DNA from: Polymyxa betae A26-41
Lineage: Eukaryota > Protista > Endomyxa: Phytomyxea
Assembly (NCBI GenBank): GCA_003693705.1
Contig: RBZT01000990.1
Location: 1-57,632 of the forward strand
Direction: 5' to 3'
Length of the DNA stretch: 57,632 nt
Shown: in pieces, positions 41,701 to 53,120 of the stretch
Layout: each line of letters opens with the position of its first letter
Position numbering within the stretch: position 1 is the first letter of the stretch
Notes under the pieces: model-generated
Told to the model about the DNA's origin: nothing
The model's input: the letters and a program-made list of their open reading frames with translations, nothing else
The model's database searches: none
Position numbers and translations under genes: made by a program

Positions 41701-43727
41701 AATTAATGCCAATGTTATTCGAGAGCATAGAACGTACCAAGACACCAAGTAGCTTGAATTGCACAATCTAAGACTGAACCCGATACAATCCCACTTTCTG
41801 CAGTATCTTCTAATGTTGAATATAGACCCATGCGGAACTCATCTAGATCAGAGCATTGCTGTGCTGCTCTCGATGTGACAACAAGAATCCCAACAGCATG
41901 GTATACATGCTGGATGGATTCTAACCGCATTCGCTCCAGCCGTTCTATACGATCATCTTGATCAGAACTAGGTGGATCTGGGAGATCATCCTTTGTGATA
42001 GGTGGTGATAGAATTGCTAAAGACCCGATCATAACTGGCATTACTATAGACCAGGTAGATGGATCCTCAGCAAATGGTTCATAACGAGTAATTAAGGTAT
42101 CAATTAAGCCCACAGCCACCTGTTCATTATTATAGATCAGTAATTATACTGATTCATGCAACTAACCATGAGGATCGTCTTCCTATTACACATCGCCAAC
42201 AGTCGTGGAACAACATCAGCTTCAGCTGAAGCCAGCTGTGCCAATGTGTCGGTATCACCTTCAATAGCCATGTTGGAGAGGACCAGCACCACCAGTTCTA
42301 GTTCACGAATTGGAGTCTTATCTGTGATCTTGGTCATCAGGATCGGTATTAAACCATCTTTAACCAAGGTCGTGACGGCCTGTGCGCTGCAAGCAAGATT
42401 TCCTGTCCAATTTCAGCCTTAGAACATGAACCAGTACGTCGTCTACCTAGAGTTCTTAATGCAGCTTTCATGAGGTCGCCAGCTTCAGAGTGATTTTGCA
42501 GAACTTGACCCAGGATACGGCCGCCGCCTGCCGATATAATCTGCATACGCGGCTGTTCGCCGTCGGCGCAGAGGTTCGTTAAAACGAACGTGGCTGACTA
42601 AAGTACGGAGCATCATTAATGGATAACGTCTTCAATACTGACATAATACAGAAAGCAACGAATCGACATCGAAGTGATCGATAAAATTCATCGATAAAAC
42701 GAAACATTCCAATTGTCACGAACCAAAAACTATTTGAACTTAAAATACCTCAAGAACGGCAGTCTCGCGACTGTGCATAGACATGATGCGAATGAGCTCA
42801 TCAATGGCGTTTCCATCAATCATGGCCTGGCTGTTATTATGCGATGATACAGCCAGATTTGCCAATGCATAACAACATTGATCAGCGACATCAGCATTGG
42901 CACGGTTAGCTTTCAGCAGAGACAAGATCAGCTACAGAGAAACCTTCAGGAAGAGTAAATGATCACGATGTTCAATGACCTGAACGCCTCCATTCTCTCC
43001 AATGGATGATCGTGCTTGAGGATGGAACGCCAAATTCCCCAACAGTAAGAGACCGTCGCAAAGGGTGCGATTATCAACAAAATATGATGGATTTGATATG
43101 ATCTCGACAACTAACTTGGGGACTCCTGCCTCAGCAGCCAGATTAGTGTAATGCTCATACGAGGCTACACGGTATAGTGCTCGTATGGCGTCCATTGATG
43201 CAGACAGACCTGGCTGTCGTAGAAGCTCAACCTGTACATTGCCAACTATCAGGAACCTGACTTAGCCATATTCATCAGAATCGGACCAGAATGTCAAGGC
43301 CACTATATTCAATGGCGAACTTGTTCAAAGCGTAATGATTGTCCTCCTCAGGATCGGGTAGTTTTGTCAGATAGCGAAGAGCAATTCGAAGCTGTTCCGA
43401 AAGGGTCTCATCATTGGTTGTGTTGATGGCGATTGACGAACGTATAATGGAGATACAGAGACTGATGGCGTCCTCATCCTGTAGCGAATACAGCTGCGAA
43501 CGCAGACTGAGCGCCTCATCTAAGATCCCATAAGTAATCTCTGCCAATGGCGTTTTCGATCTTTCTTCGTCGAATTCGGCATCGGGAATAATCAAGCCTT
43601 TATCTACCTGCGCCGGCTTTCGCAAATCACTTTTATCATGATCGTCCGACCTCACAGTTCGAATCAGAGAGTCCATACCAGGACACCTGGTAATATGGGT
43701 CACTGAACAAACCCGGCACGTGCCCAT
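35765..43727 (-). CDS. Large ARM-repeat / TBC (Rab-GAP) / EF-hand / coiled-coil / GAF-domain protein; 3' end approximate
   Basis: ARM-like repeats (CYALANLA, LLLGNLA, VLSNMA); TBC GIPDVLRAQVW, IRKDVRRT, VGYCQSMN, EEDAFW; EF-hands DTNRTAHIDFEEF and DKDEDEMVSRIE; GAF signatures GKGITG, VKDARYD and LMCTPIKD...IGVFQ. In-frame introns link the ARM and TBC parts near 41000 and 40800. Confidence 0.7.
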
Positions 43728-43789
43728 CGCCAGATATTAGTAGCAGATTTTATTTATCCTATTCGAAAATATAAAGAAAACACAGTCAA

Positions 43790-45663
43790 TTCGACAACAA
43801 AAAAGAGTTGAACAGGGACCAGGTTGGAGATCTGCCTGCTGGGCCAAGATCACGCTGATCCAACGAGTTCATTGGTCGGACCTGAACACGGATCGTCAAG
43901 ATTATTTTAAACAAAGCTGTAACTAGCACACTTGAACAGCGATTTGACCAACATTGGCGGGATCTACTTGATAATATCCTTCAATGTGCGGGAATCCAGC
44001 CAAAAGAGGGCGTAGGTCAACCTCAGCCATCCCGAGCCGGACCGATACTCTACAGAGAAAGATAAGATTTGCAATTGGAAGCGAATGGAGCATTACTGTT
44101 GGTTTGATGGAACTAAGTCTCTAATCGCCATCAGCCGGATTAATAACGGATGCGAACTGCAGGTAGCGATCATCTCGTCTCGTTTCATTAAAAAGCGATG
44201 CGACACGTTCAACGACTTGGTTGGATAAGCAAACGATTTGCTTCGAAACGTCTTAGAAGCCAACAAATTAGACGGCACAGTATCAAAGGGATTTGACAAA
44301 TACTCTTACTTGATTTCCAAGTTGTAAACAAACAACAAGTCGTGATGATATCGAGTTCAGCTCATTGTTGCACCATCTTCCGATGTCGATATTAATCGTT
44401 TCGAAATTAGAATCGCAGCCGTTAATCGGGTTTACGGCTGCGCTGCCGATAGCTGCAGAAGATTGAGCGCCGACTGGTTTTCGCCACCAAGCTTCTGTTC
44501 GGCCGCAGAGTATCGGCTCAGTTCTCATCACAGGTTTGGGATTTGGCTGGACTTGAATGAAACGGCTTCGGTCTACATCGATGACCAGACTCATCATATC
44601 CATAATGGTAGAGATCGTCGGGCGCTCGTTCATCTGCACGGCATGGTCATATTTAAAGACAATCCTGAAGCGAGGCAAATTTATCGAACATCTTCGCTAA
44701 GCATTGAGGTGAGAAGTTTAGCCAAATCTCGATCATCGCCGTTGCCTTTAACACGGTTGATAAAGTTCAAATACCGCTCGTGAACAGAAATCGATAATTG
44801 TGATTGTTGCCGTTGAAGTATCTGGCCTGGGTCCACTCCGAAAACTGCTGCATTGTTAGTTCGGCAAGAACATTCATCTAAGAAGGCTTTACATATGGAC
44901 TGCCCCGAGAGGATCTCGATTATGGCACAAGCCAGCGACCATATATCACCTGGCATTGTTGGCGTATGGTCTGACAATAAGAGATGTTCAGGTGGACAGT
45001 AGTCGTGATAGATATCGAGGCAATGATCTCCAATTAAAATAGGTGGCAAAAAAGTCGTTGCCTCATTGATTCGGACGGTTAATGAATGAATGTTACCATG
45101 AGCAATGCCATGTCGATGGAAACTGTACACGTTATAAATCAGCGACTCGATTTTCAAACGTAGGTCCGCCTCTGATTGCAATGAGCAAGATAGAATATCA
45201 GCACGTAAACATCGTAATTCGACCGACTCGATTATCGCAACAGCTTCAGGCCATTTTGGCGACTAATTCACGAAGAGTTATCAGTTCGGAACTTTCACAA
45301 TGAAAGTATTTGTTAAATAAATAGTAAGTTAGATCCAAGTAATCAATATTGGTTAAGCAACAACGACATATAAATAGCATGAAAGCGTCTTACCGCTGTC
45401 CAGTGGTCACTGGATCCATCCGATTGTACAGCATGAACAGCTATCGTCGTTGTCTGAGTCGTTGACGACAGAAGCGCTTGAATCCTCGAATCGATATCGA
45501 CATCAAAGTTTGCGGGCAGGACGATCCAGGTACAGCGACAAGGCCAGTCGTCACGTCCGTCGTCGTGATCTGCAGGCCGTGCCGGATATTGGATATGGGT
45601 GCTGCCGGAATAACGGACGCAAGCTCCGGTATCGATAACGAAATCCGCCAACAGATACCCCAT
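43790..45663 (-). CDS. Pseudokinase with C-terminal C2-like domain; ends approximate
   Basis: HGIAHGNIH (HRD site), LIGDH (DFG site), YCPPE, GDIWSLAC; later exons give LGMAEVDLRPLLAGFPHIEGYY, which is C2-like. All three frames stop before the ARM gene. Confidence 0.6.
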
Positions 45664-45821
45664 TTGATCAATGCAGAGACATGAAGAAATGAACTACACA
45701 ATGTGATAGAAAATGTAGTAGGGCGATGTTGGCAAGATGGCGAGGGGCCTTTCGTGACGTTACTGCCGACTGCCGTGTAAACTGTTACAACCTTGTCACC
45801 TTGATGTCCAGCCAATACAGT

Positions 45822-46300
45822 CTAGAGGGCTGCGGCCAGCACGCAGCCTTTTCTATATTTAGACTGCTTCTGCCAAGTTCGCTGTGTGTGATGCATAAGA
45901 TGAGCACAGGAACCATGGATTGCTGCATTATTATAGCGTTTACCAAACTCTTCAGGCCTTCCTTTCAGACTGATGTAATAGCTACAACTCAGAATATCAT
46001 GGGCGCATTAGGTGACATATCAGAACGTGGGTGTTCTACAGCTTAGGTCGAGATAAGGTTCACTTACAAGCGGATAAGCGCTGGACCGCAAGGTCCCATA
46101 TAGCCACGCAGTTTTCAGATTGGCTTAAAAGCATCGGATCTGTTGGGAGTAAAAGCATCGGATCTGTTGGGAGTGGCTTTAGGCCAACGCTTGATTTCAT
46201 TCAACTGTCGATTCTACTGGTTTGGGTCTTGTGCCGCCTTGCGACATTGCTTTCCACTCCCATATTGTTCAAACCTAAATCAAAGTGAATAAAAGGCTAC
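45822..46300. mobile_element. Possible degenerate Helitron/PIF1-helicase remnant
   Basis: Plus-strand peptide ATQFSDWLKSIG...DFIQL recalls the Helitron helicase FxxWLLxIG motif; GC hairpin GGCTGCG-N7-CGCAGCC next to CTAG at 45822-45848. Confidence 0.3.
46126..46173. repeat. 24-bp perfect tandem duplication
   Basis: TAAAAGCATCGGATCTGTTGGGAG twice. Confidence 0.95.
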
Positions 46301-46497
46301 TGTACTTGGATGTTATGCAAAGACTGCAATCAGGTTCAGCAAACGCTTGATTTCATTCAACTGTCGATTCTACTGGTTTGGGTCTTGTGCCGCCTTGCGA
46401 CATTGCTTTCCACTCCCATATTGTTCAAACCTAAATCAAAGTGAATAAAAGGCTACTGTACTTGGATGTTATGCAAAGACTGCAATCAGGTTCAGCA
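46186..46497. repeat. 156-bp tandem duplication
   Basis: AACGCTTGATTTCATTC...CAGGTTCAGCA at 46186-46341 and 46342-46497; no difference found by eye. Confidence 0.93.
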
Positions 46498-46679
46498 ATC
46501 GCGTTACAAGAATAGAATAACTGCGAGGGTTTATCTTTATGTTCCTCCATTGGACTGTATTTACTTGAACAATTTTCAAATTCTCGGCAACATTTCTGGC
46601 TCATTCGCGTTCGCTTCCAGAGCATTCCAACTTTTTATCGAAATCGTAAATGAGAGGTGTAATGTCGGTAAGTCTGTGA

Positions 46680-46843
46680 AATTCTCTTATATTTGAAATA
46701 GTTAAAATCAAAAAAGTTATTGATTTGGAAGTATTAGAGAGCAAAAATTATAAGCCATAACCGATATCAATGGAGCACACCTCTATCAGTTATAAGAGAT
46801 TATTACTGTACGGTAAGAGAATCATTTGTAAGAGAGCCTACGG
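46680..46843 (-). mobile_element. pogo-family transposon terminus (interior to the left)
   Basis: Reverse complement reads TA|CCGTAGGCTCTCTTA..., identical to the end at 57116, then TCTCTTATAACTGATAGAG...CTTATAATT...CTCTCTAATA...TATAAGAGA, collinear with 57141-57256. Confidence 0.8.
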
Positions 46844-46955
46844 TACCATTGCCGACTTGCTGATTAACGTTACACTGTTACAGCAATAGAGGCGCAGCCC
46901 AGGGAGCAAACAAACTGAGACGCCATTCGCAGAAATCGTTATCTGTCAACGAGTC

Positions 46956-47891
46956 ATGTCAGAGTCACAGCAACATCCAGCCGATGATGAGTCGGCAACG
47001 ACAGAGAAGCGAAGGAGAGGTCGACCTAGACTTGACCGGGCTGGTTCAGAATCGGTCAAGCGCCAACGCACTCAACCCGATTCCGATACGAAATGCTTGT
47101 CAATTATTACTGAAGAGGATCAGAACGTGTCGGTCGCATTATCACCGAAACCGAAGAGAAGAGCGAAGTTCATTACTGGGCAATCGGATCAAAACGCTGC
47201 TACGGACGATGCATCTATTTCAGCAGAGTCAGGACAAGATATTTTAAATCGGGGACCGCTATCTTTACAAAACATTATCTCAGAATTATCAAATCCCGAT
47301 CTTTTGTCTGAAAAAAGGGATACCATTCTTGAAACATTATTATCCGGCAGATTTCTTGGGAAATACAGCGACAGAGCTTTGCTCATCAAGAAACTTGTTC
47401 ATAACCAGATCGATTATGATTTGCTAAATCTGCAGCCTGTGCCTAAATCAGTATCAGTATTCTTTCAGCGACTCTTTACAAGCATACACAGGACAACACC
47501 GTCCAAAGCCAAAACGCTCGATCTTTTATTTGAGCAAATTAATGGTAACATCGCCATCATAATTTATGTCCATGTTTCAAAGTGCCTGTTAGAGTGTCTG
47601 TCAGAAGACAATGGCCAAGTGGCAGAGCTCACGAAGGTTTTAAGCAGCAACGAAAGCTCCATAAGTTCTCTAGGAGGTTATATGGTAATGATGTTGCGGC
47701 TGGCAGCCCTAAGACAGCTTGAATCGAATGGATTTGACGCTTTCGATACGCTTTGTTATCTTATCGAGATTCTTCGACAGTGTGTATCAAAAGGCGTAGC
47801 TAGCACTGTAAATCTAATGGCAGATGAAGTATTTAACGGTGTGTCAATATTCTTTCAGATACTGACTGTTTTATGCAGAAATCTTTTTTAA
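46956..47891 (+). CDS. Hypothetical nuclear protein with AT-hook/NLS (probably spliced, 3' end uncertain)
   Basis: 311-codon ORF, KRRRGRPR AT-hook, acidic N-terminus, helical C-terminus. Confidence 0.6.
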   Translation: MSESQQHPADDESATTEKRRRGRPRLDRAGSESVKRQRTQPDSDTKCLSIITEEDQNVSVALSPKPKRRAKFITGQSDQNAATDDASISAESGQDILNRGPLSLQNIISELSNPDLLSEKRDTILETLLSGRFLGKYSDRALLIKKLVHNQIDYDLLNLQPVPKSVSVFFQRLFTSIHRTTPSKAKTLDLLFEQINGNIAIIIYVHVSKCLLECLSEDNGQVAELTKVLSSNESSISSLGGYMVMMLRLAALRQLESNGFDAFDTLCYLIEILRQCVSKGVASTVNLMADEVFNGVSIFFQILTVLCRNLF

Positions 47892-48025
47892 ATTTTGTAA
47901 AAAAAACGGAAGCTTCTCAAGTACAGTTAGCTTTCTCAATGTCGAAGTATGGATTGTCATTGCCAAAGACGCCTTCATAGAAATTTCTTCGATAATAAAG
48001 CATTGTTCATACTGATATGTCGTCT

Positions 48026-48552
48026 TTATTGGCAATTGCTCAACAACCTATTAAACCCACCTGCAGAAACGCATCAGTTGAAAAGCAGTGTTCAATATTC
48101 GGATTACCGAGGCGGTTCATGTACTGTCGATATTGTCTTCTACTAGGAACCCTTGCACCAGACATCTGTCCTTGCACCTGCTTTCCCTTGCTCGTTGAAA
48201 GGGTTGTTGGTAGGCCCATAGCAGCCATCATCTGTTCTTCTGACATGCCATCGCTGATAGGAGTACTTGTAGCGGCAGGCTTGCCATCTTTTTCAGGCGA
48301 TTTACGATTTTTTGGGGGCGATCGCCGATATCTTTCACGGCGATAGTCAGGCGAACGTGATCGTGACCGGGAAAAGCGACGTCGAACAGGCGACCTGGAG
48401 CGAGGCCTGCGAGGCGAGCGGGACCGACGACCACTGCGAAAGCCTCTTGGTGGCGGTGGGCTACGAGATCGCCTACGTCGGGGAGATCGCGAACGACGCT
48501 TAGGCGGTGGTGATCGTGACCGCCTACGGATTGGCGAACGTGATCTTCCCAT
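48026..48552 (-). CDS. SNRNP27: U4/U6.U5 tri-snRNP 27 kDa protein
   Basis: RS domain followed by MMAAMGLP..STSKGKQV...RRQYRQYMNR-LGGFNRLL after one intron. Confidence 0.92.
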
Positions 48553-48738
48553 CTATGTAATTGCGGCTGCGCAACATGACAATAACATTGGATCCATCAT
48601 CCATAATTCAAGGCTACATTACCGACTTTCCAGTTCTACAAATTTCGAGCACGGTTGCGAATATTCTAAGACAAAATATTCGTAAAATTTTAACTATATA
48701 AAATCTCTGTGATTCGGCCAAGAATCTTATTTAAAAGG

Positions 48739-49974
48739 TCAAATTAGATCCGCGATGTTCTTTGGCATTTCCTCGATATTCGTGCCATAGAAGTCCTCAA
48801 GTTCGTGCAGCTTTCGGACATCGTCTTCAGTCACAAAATTGATTACAATACGCTTTCGTCCCAAACGATTTGATCGCTTGATACGATGAAGATGATCAGA
48901 ACAACTGACGGGTAGGTCATAGTTGATAATCAACGATTGTTCTTGAATATCTGGATCCCTGGCGAAAGAATCCGTTGTTATGATAACCCGGGTCGCTCCC
49001 GATCGAAGCTCCTTAATCATGGTCTCATGTTCGGCTGGGGTCTGGTCGTGATAAACGCCCTTGGCGTTGGCCTCGATCACCTGTTTAGATAGCCATTCAG
49101 CCTTGGGTCGGGTGTTACAGTAGACAACGGCCTGATTGATGGTCAACGTGTCGTACAGATCGGAAAGTATATCCAGCTTCGACTTCTCTCTAGTTATTTT
49201 GACGTACAGCTGCTTGACGCCTTCTAGAATAGGCTCTTCGCTATCAACAACCATCTGAACTGGATCACGCATCAACTGTGATACAAATGCTAGATCAGGC
49301 ATGACAGTAGAGAACATGCAGACCTGGGCGTTTCGTGGTAGATGCTGAAGCATGGATCGGATTATGTCTTTAAAACCCCAACTTGACATCAGATCGGCAT
49401 CTTCAATAATAAAGCACTTGACTTTATCCACTTGCAAAACGCCACGATTGATTAGTTCACAGGTACGCGGCGGTGTGCCGACCGCGACCTGAACTCCCCC
49501 GCGTAGGGCATCGACATCATCGCATTCACTTGCATCATTCAAACATGGATAACAGGTAACCTTGATCAAAATAAGTGTCAGTGATATGTGCATTTTAGTT
49601 GTCAACGTCAAATACACCTGCAGATATTCACTCAGACTTTTATCTGCTTATATATATCATAAGCATTATATTGAGTCGGTGATACGATTAAGACTTGAGA
49701 TTCCTTGATATTCATGTCTATGAATTGAAGGGTGGAGATGCAGAATATCTTGGATCTTTCAACATCAGGCTCCGCTATCAAAATTGTATCGAGTCCCTAC
49801 GACAACAGTTTTATATAGCGATTGCAATTCCTCTGCATAATTGGACAGTACCTTCAACAGCGAAACAATGCCACGTCGTTGGATATCAGTAGGTCTTTCA
49901 GATCCATACCCGCGAATACCACGAAGCAGATCACAAGGTAGGCCCAGATCATCATAGCTGGTAAGAGGCTTCAT
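48739..49974 (-). CDS. eIF4A-like DEAD-box paralog with degenerate catalytic motifs
   Basis: eIF4A-specific segments (YDDLGL..DLLRGIRGYGSERPTDIQRRGI, LEGVKQLYV, KLDILSDLYDTLTINQAVVYCNT, IEEMPKNIADLI); two GT-AG introns; motifs I, Ia, Ib, II, III, V and VI altered. Confidence 0.85.
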
Positions 49975-50556
49975 TCAGATTCGGTTCAATGGTCTCTTCA
50001 CAGAATGCAAAAAGAAAGAATGATGAACACGCATCGAAAGTCGAAGATGTTCGCCAAGAGGTGGGAGCTTAATGAGGTTATGTCATAACACACTTAAGGG
50101 TTACAGTATGTCATGTCGGTTGGCTACTCCCACTTAAATACAACAATGACGAATATAGTGCAGAGAGTGACAGGGGCGGTGCCCTCACACATTTGTATCA
50201 TCTCATATGTCACTTAAAGCAGGGAAGCCATCACATATCTTATCATCTTCAAGCGATATTGGCGTCGTGCGTAGTTAGACACCCATCAACAAACTAGTAT
50301 AATCCAGTCCAATCCAATCCGTCGAGGCTGTCTAGAAAGGCGAGAACAATGTCTAGCTGCGTTGAGATTGTCAACAGCCGCGCTGAGTCTAGCAATCATA
50401 CGGTGAAGTTGACATCAGAATTTCAAGGCGCTTGATTAGCCGGATCAGGTCAGCAATTGGTTTTGCATTCGTCCTTCTGTCGAGGGCCAATTCTAACCAA
50501 TTTCAAGCTCTACAATTCACCCAAGACATCCTCGAACGCATCAGCAGGCAGAACAA

Positions 50557-51012
50557 TGAAGCTTACGCCAGCTCAAAAGCGCGATGTGACAAATCGGAAT
50601 GAATCTTCAGATTGAACTGATCGAAATGGAGTATCATACAAATCTTCTATCATGAGCTCGAGTCGATATTTGCCAAGATCTGGGTCCAATATCAGCCGAA
50701 AGGGGTTTACAATCGGATAGATTCATGTAGAATGTCGACCAGTACGAGCAGGCGCTGGCCGACGTACAAGACCTTCTGTCTTGATGAGAGATAGCAAATA
50801 TGACGGAATTAGTCAGAGCGACTTTGAGAATTGATGAGCGACGGATGGCCCAGCAGTACGCACCGCTGAACGTAATCGATGAGATGCTTCTCGATGACGA
50901 GCGTGGAATTGCAGGTAAATGGCGTGTGGAGACGCCGCCGGATTTGCATGTAAAAGATACCGGCCCGTCCATGCTTCGTCGTACTCGACAATCTATCCCA
51001 ATGATCGGTTGA
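50557..51012 (+). CDS. Small hypothetical protein (multi-exon, model uncertain)
   Basis: ATG at 50557, short exon-like segments and a GC-richer terminal ORF 50800-51012; no recognisable motif. Confidence 0.25.
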
Positions 51013-51432
51013 GTCCTAATCCGGTATTTTGCCGCCGCTTTTTTCCGATTAACGTCGAACAACCGCTGATAAATCTTATGCATTCATAGATTCAGCTAGG
51101 GTTTAGGGGTTTTAAAGCTCAGAAGGCATGGTACCGGTTGGCCCGCTCTGCTTGACGTTCTGTTGATTTGTTAGCCCAGATCCCTTTACTACCAGGCATA
51201 CCATTACTGCCTCTTATATTGCCTGTATTGTTACACAGTCAGCGAGACCACACCTGTTCGTAGCGATATTTCATGTTAACAGGAAATTGGTCGATTATCA
51301 ACACTAGTGTCAGTTCGAGTAAAAAAGTGTATTCGATGAACTGGATCGATTCTGCAATGGGACGTCGATAAGTCATTCACTATTATTTCCACGATTTCAA
51401 CTTCACTTGAATATGCATTCGAAAAAATCGAT

Positions 51433-52375
51433 ATGCAGTTTTTTGTGAAGATAGTGATTAGCGACGAGGTGGTTATATAAGAGAGATGAAATTCGAATAT
51501 CTAAAAGGTCATCATATTGTTCAGTATTGGGCTATGTTGCAGGATCATCTGCATATTGTTTGTTGAAGAATAAAACCATTCGACCTGGGTAGCACAAATA
51601 TCATATTTCATAATATCAGACATACTGTGTTTCATCGTTTTTCTTGAGCGCCGTCTGTATATGATGAACAACGCCATTCCAACTTTGTGATCTGCAACAC
51701 ATGACAAAATCATCAGAAAGAAAGTTCCCGCACCGGGCCCTATTTCGTATGTATTTGAATATTTTTGATGAATATCACGGCCGGATCTCCCAGTCTCTAT
51801 TGATGGATCTAATGATTTGTGATCAGCAATGACATCCACTGACACTACCGATGAGGGCTCACCTCAGGCTGTAATTAAACGAGCTGAATCCTTCAAATGG
51901 GATCAGCTAGCCGCCGCTCGGGCATGTCTCGAGCATGTTCTTGGATCTTATAAACTCTGCATCCTCCATAAAGGACGCCATAAGAAAAAGGCAAGTGTCA
52001 AGAGACTATGGTTTGTATCTAAGTTTGACTAGATCGATCGTATGATTGCTGATTTAAAGCCGAGCGAGAACATCGTCAAAGTCATCAATCTGCATGAGCG
52101 TAAAGATGGAGATGCATTACTCGCCAGTCTCAAGGAATTCGGCCAAGAAGAAGAATATATTTTCATTGAAGGGTAACCAACAATAAAACATTTATCCCAA
52201 TACACTTTCTAATTGTGAGTTTTGTTTTAATACAAGGCTGTATGTGGGCGGTATCGACGACTTGTACTCTCTGCATTCTGCTGGGAAACTTCAATGTCTG
52301 CTATCAGAAGAAGGACAAGAGTTTGGTACAAGGCGGCAATCATCTTTCAGTCTGGGACGTGATTTCTATGAATGA
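51433..52375 (+). CDS. Glutaredoxin-fold protein lacking the CxxC active site; start approximate
   Basis: Spliced C-terminus VINLHERKDGDALLASLKEF...YIFIEGLYVGGIDDLYSLHSAGKLQCLL matches the glutaredoxin C-terminal signature; the active-site position reads ILHKGRHKKK. Confidence 0.6.
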
Positions 52376-53120
52376 CACCCGAACTTATTCATTTCAATAA
52401 TTGTCTCCACATTAGTCTTTGTAACCATCAAAATGAATGCAATCACAATATATTCAAACATGAAATTTTGATCGATGGACTCTGGTCATAATTATTTATC
52501 AAACAAAATAAAATGAACAGAATAACCCGCCTCAGCCCGCCGCACTTTTGATAAAAACCGGAACATTTGAAAGGGGGTGAGTTTCAAGATGTGATACTGA
52601 GAATGATTGACAATATCGAAAGATATATGCCCGGTATTCGTGGATCCTTTATGAAAACGATTTAAAGCACATAGCACGAACTCAATATGTGAAGTATTCA
52701 GTTGATCTAAAAAACTACATTAAATTATGATCAATTGTTCAAAAGTTTTGAATACGCAAAGAGAGCCCGAAACAAGCTCCTTCAAAACTATTATCAGTGC
52801 TTGAAAAAAACATAGACAATGATGCATGCTTCACTCGAAACGGTTGCTGGAAGTTTTGAACCATTGTTAAGCGATGCAGCAAAGGATGATCCCGAACTTC
52901 TGCTTTATGCCAGTATACTGCCGCCTTGATTGGAAATGAATCTCCCAATGTTCAGTTTAGTCAACATGTTCTGATCAAAATGTTTTGTATTTAGTACATG
53001 GTGCAGTGTCACAAATTCAATCTTGCTAGTTTGATCTTCTACTAGATCCAATTTAACTTATAGAAGAGGATTGTCTCCTCATTTGGACCCCTGTTAATAT
53101 CATGCAAGTATTATTATACT

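Noticed and set aside
43727-43800. Fusion of the pseudokinase-C2 gene with the ARM-TBC gene
   Set aside because: All three frames after the available acceptor hit stops before ATG 43727.
44050-44070. U6 snRNA-like ACAGAGA box
   Set aside because: It is the reverse complement of an intron pyrimidine tract and acceptor; no other U6 sequence is present.
46126-46497. CRISPR-like array
   Set aside because: Only two-copy head-to-tail duplications with no spacers and no cas genes; eukaryotic context.
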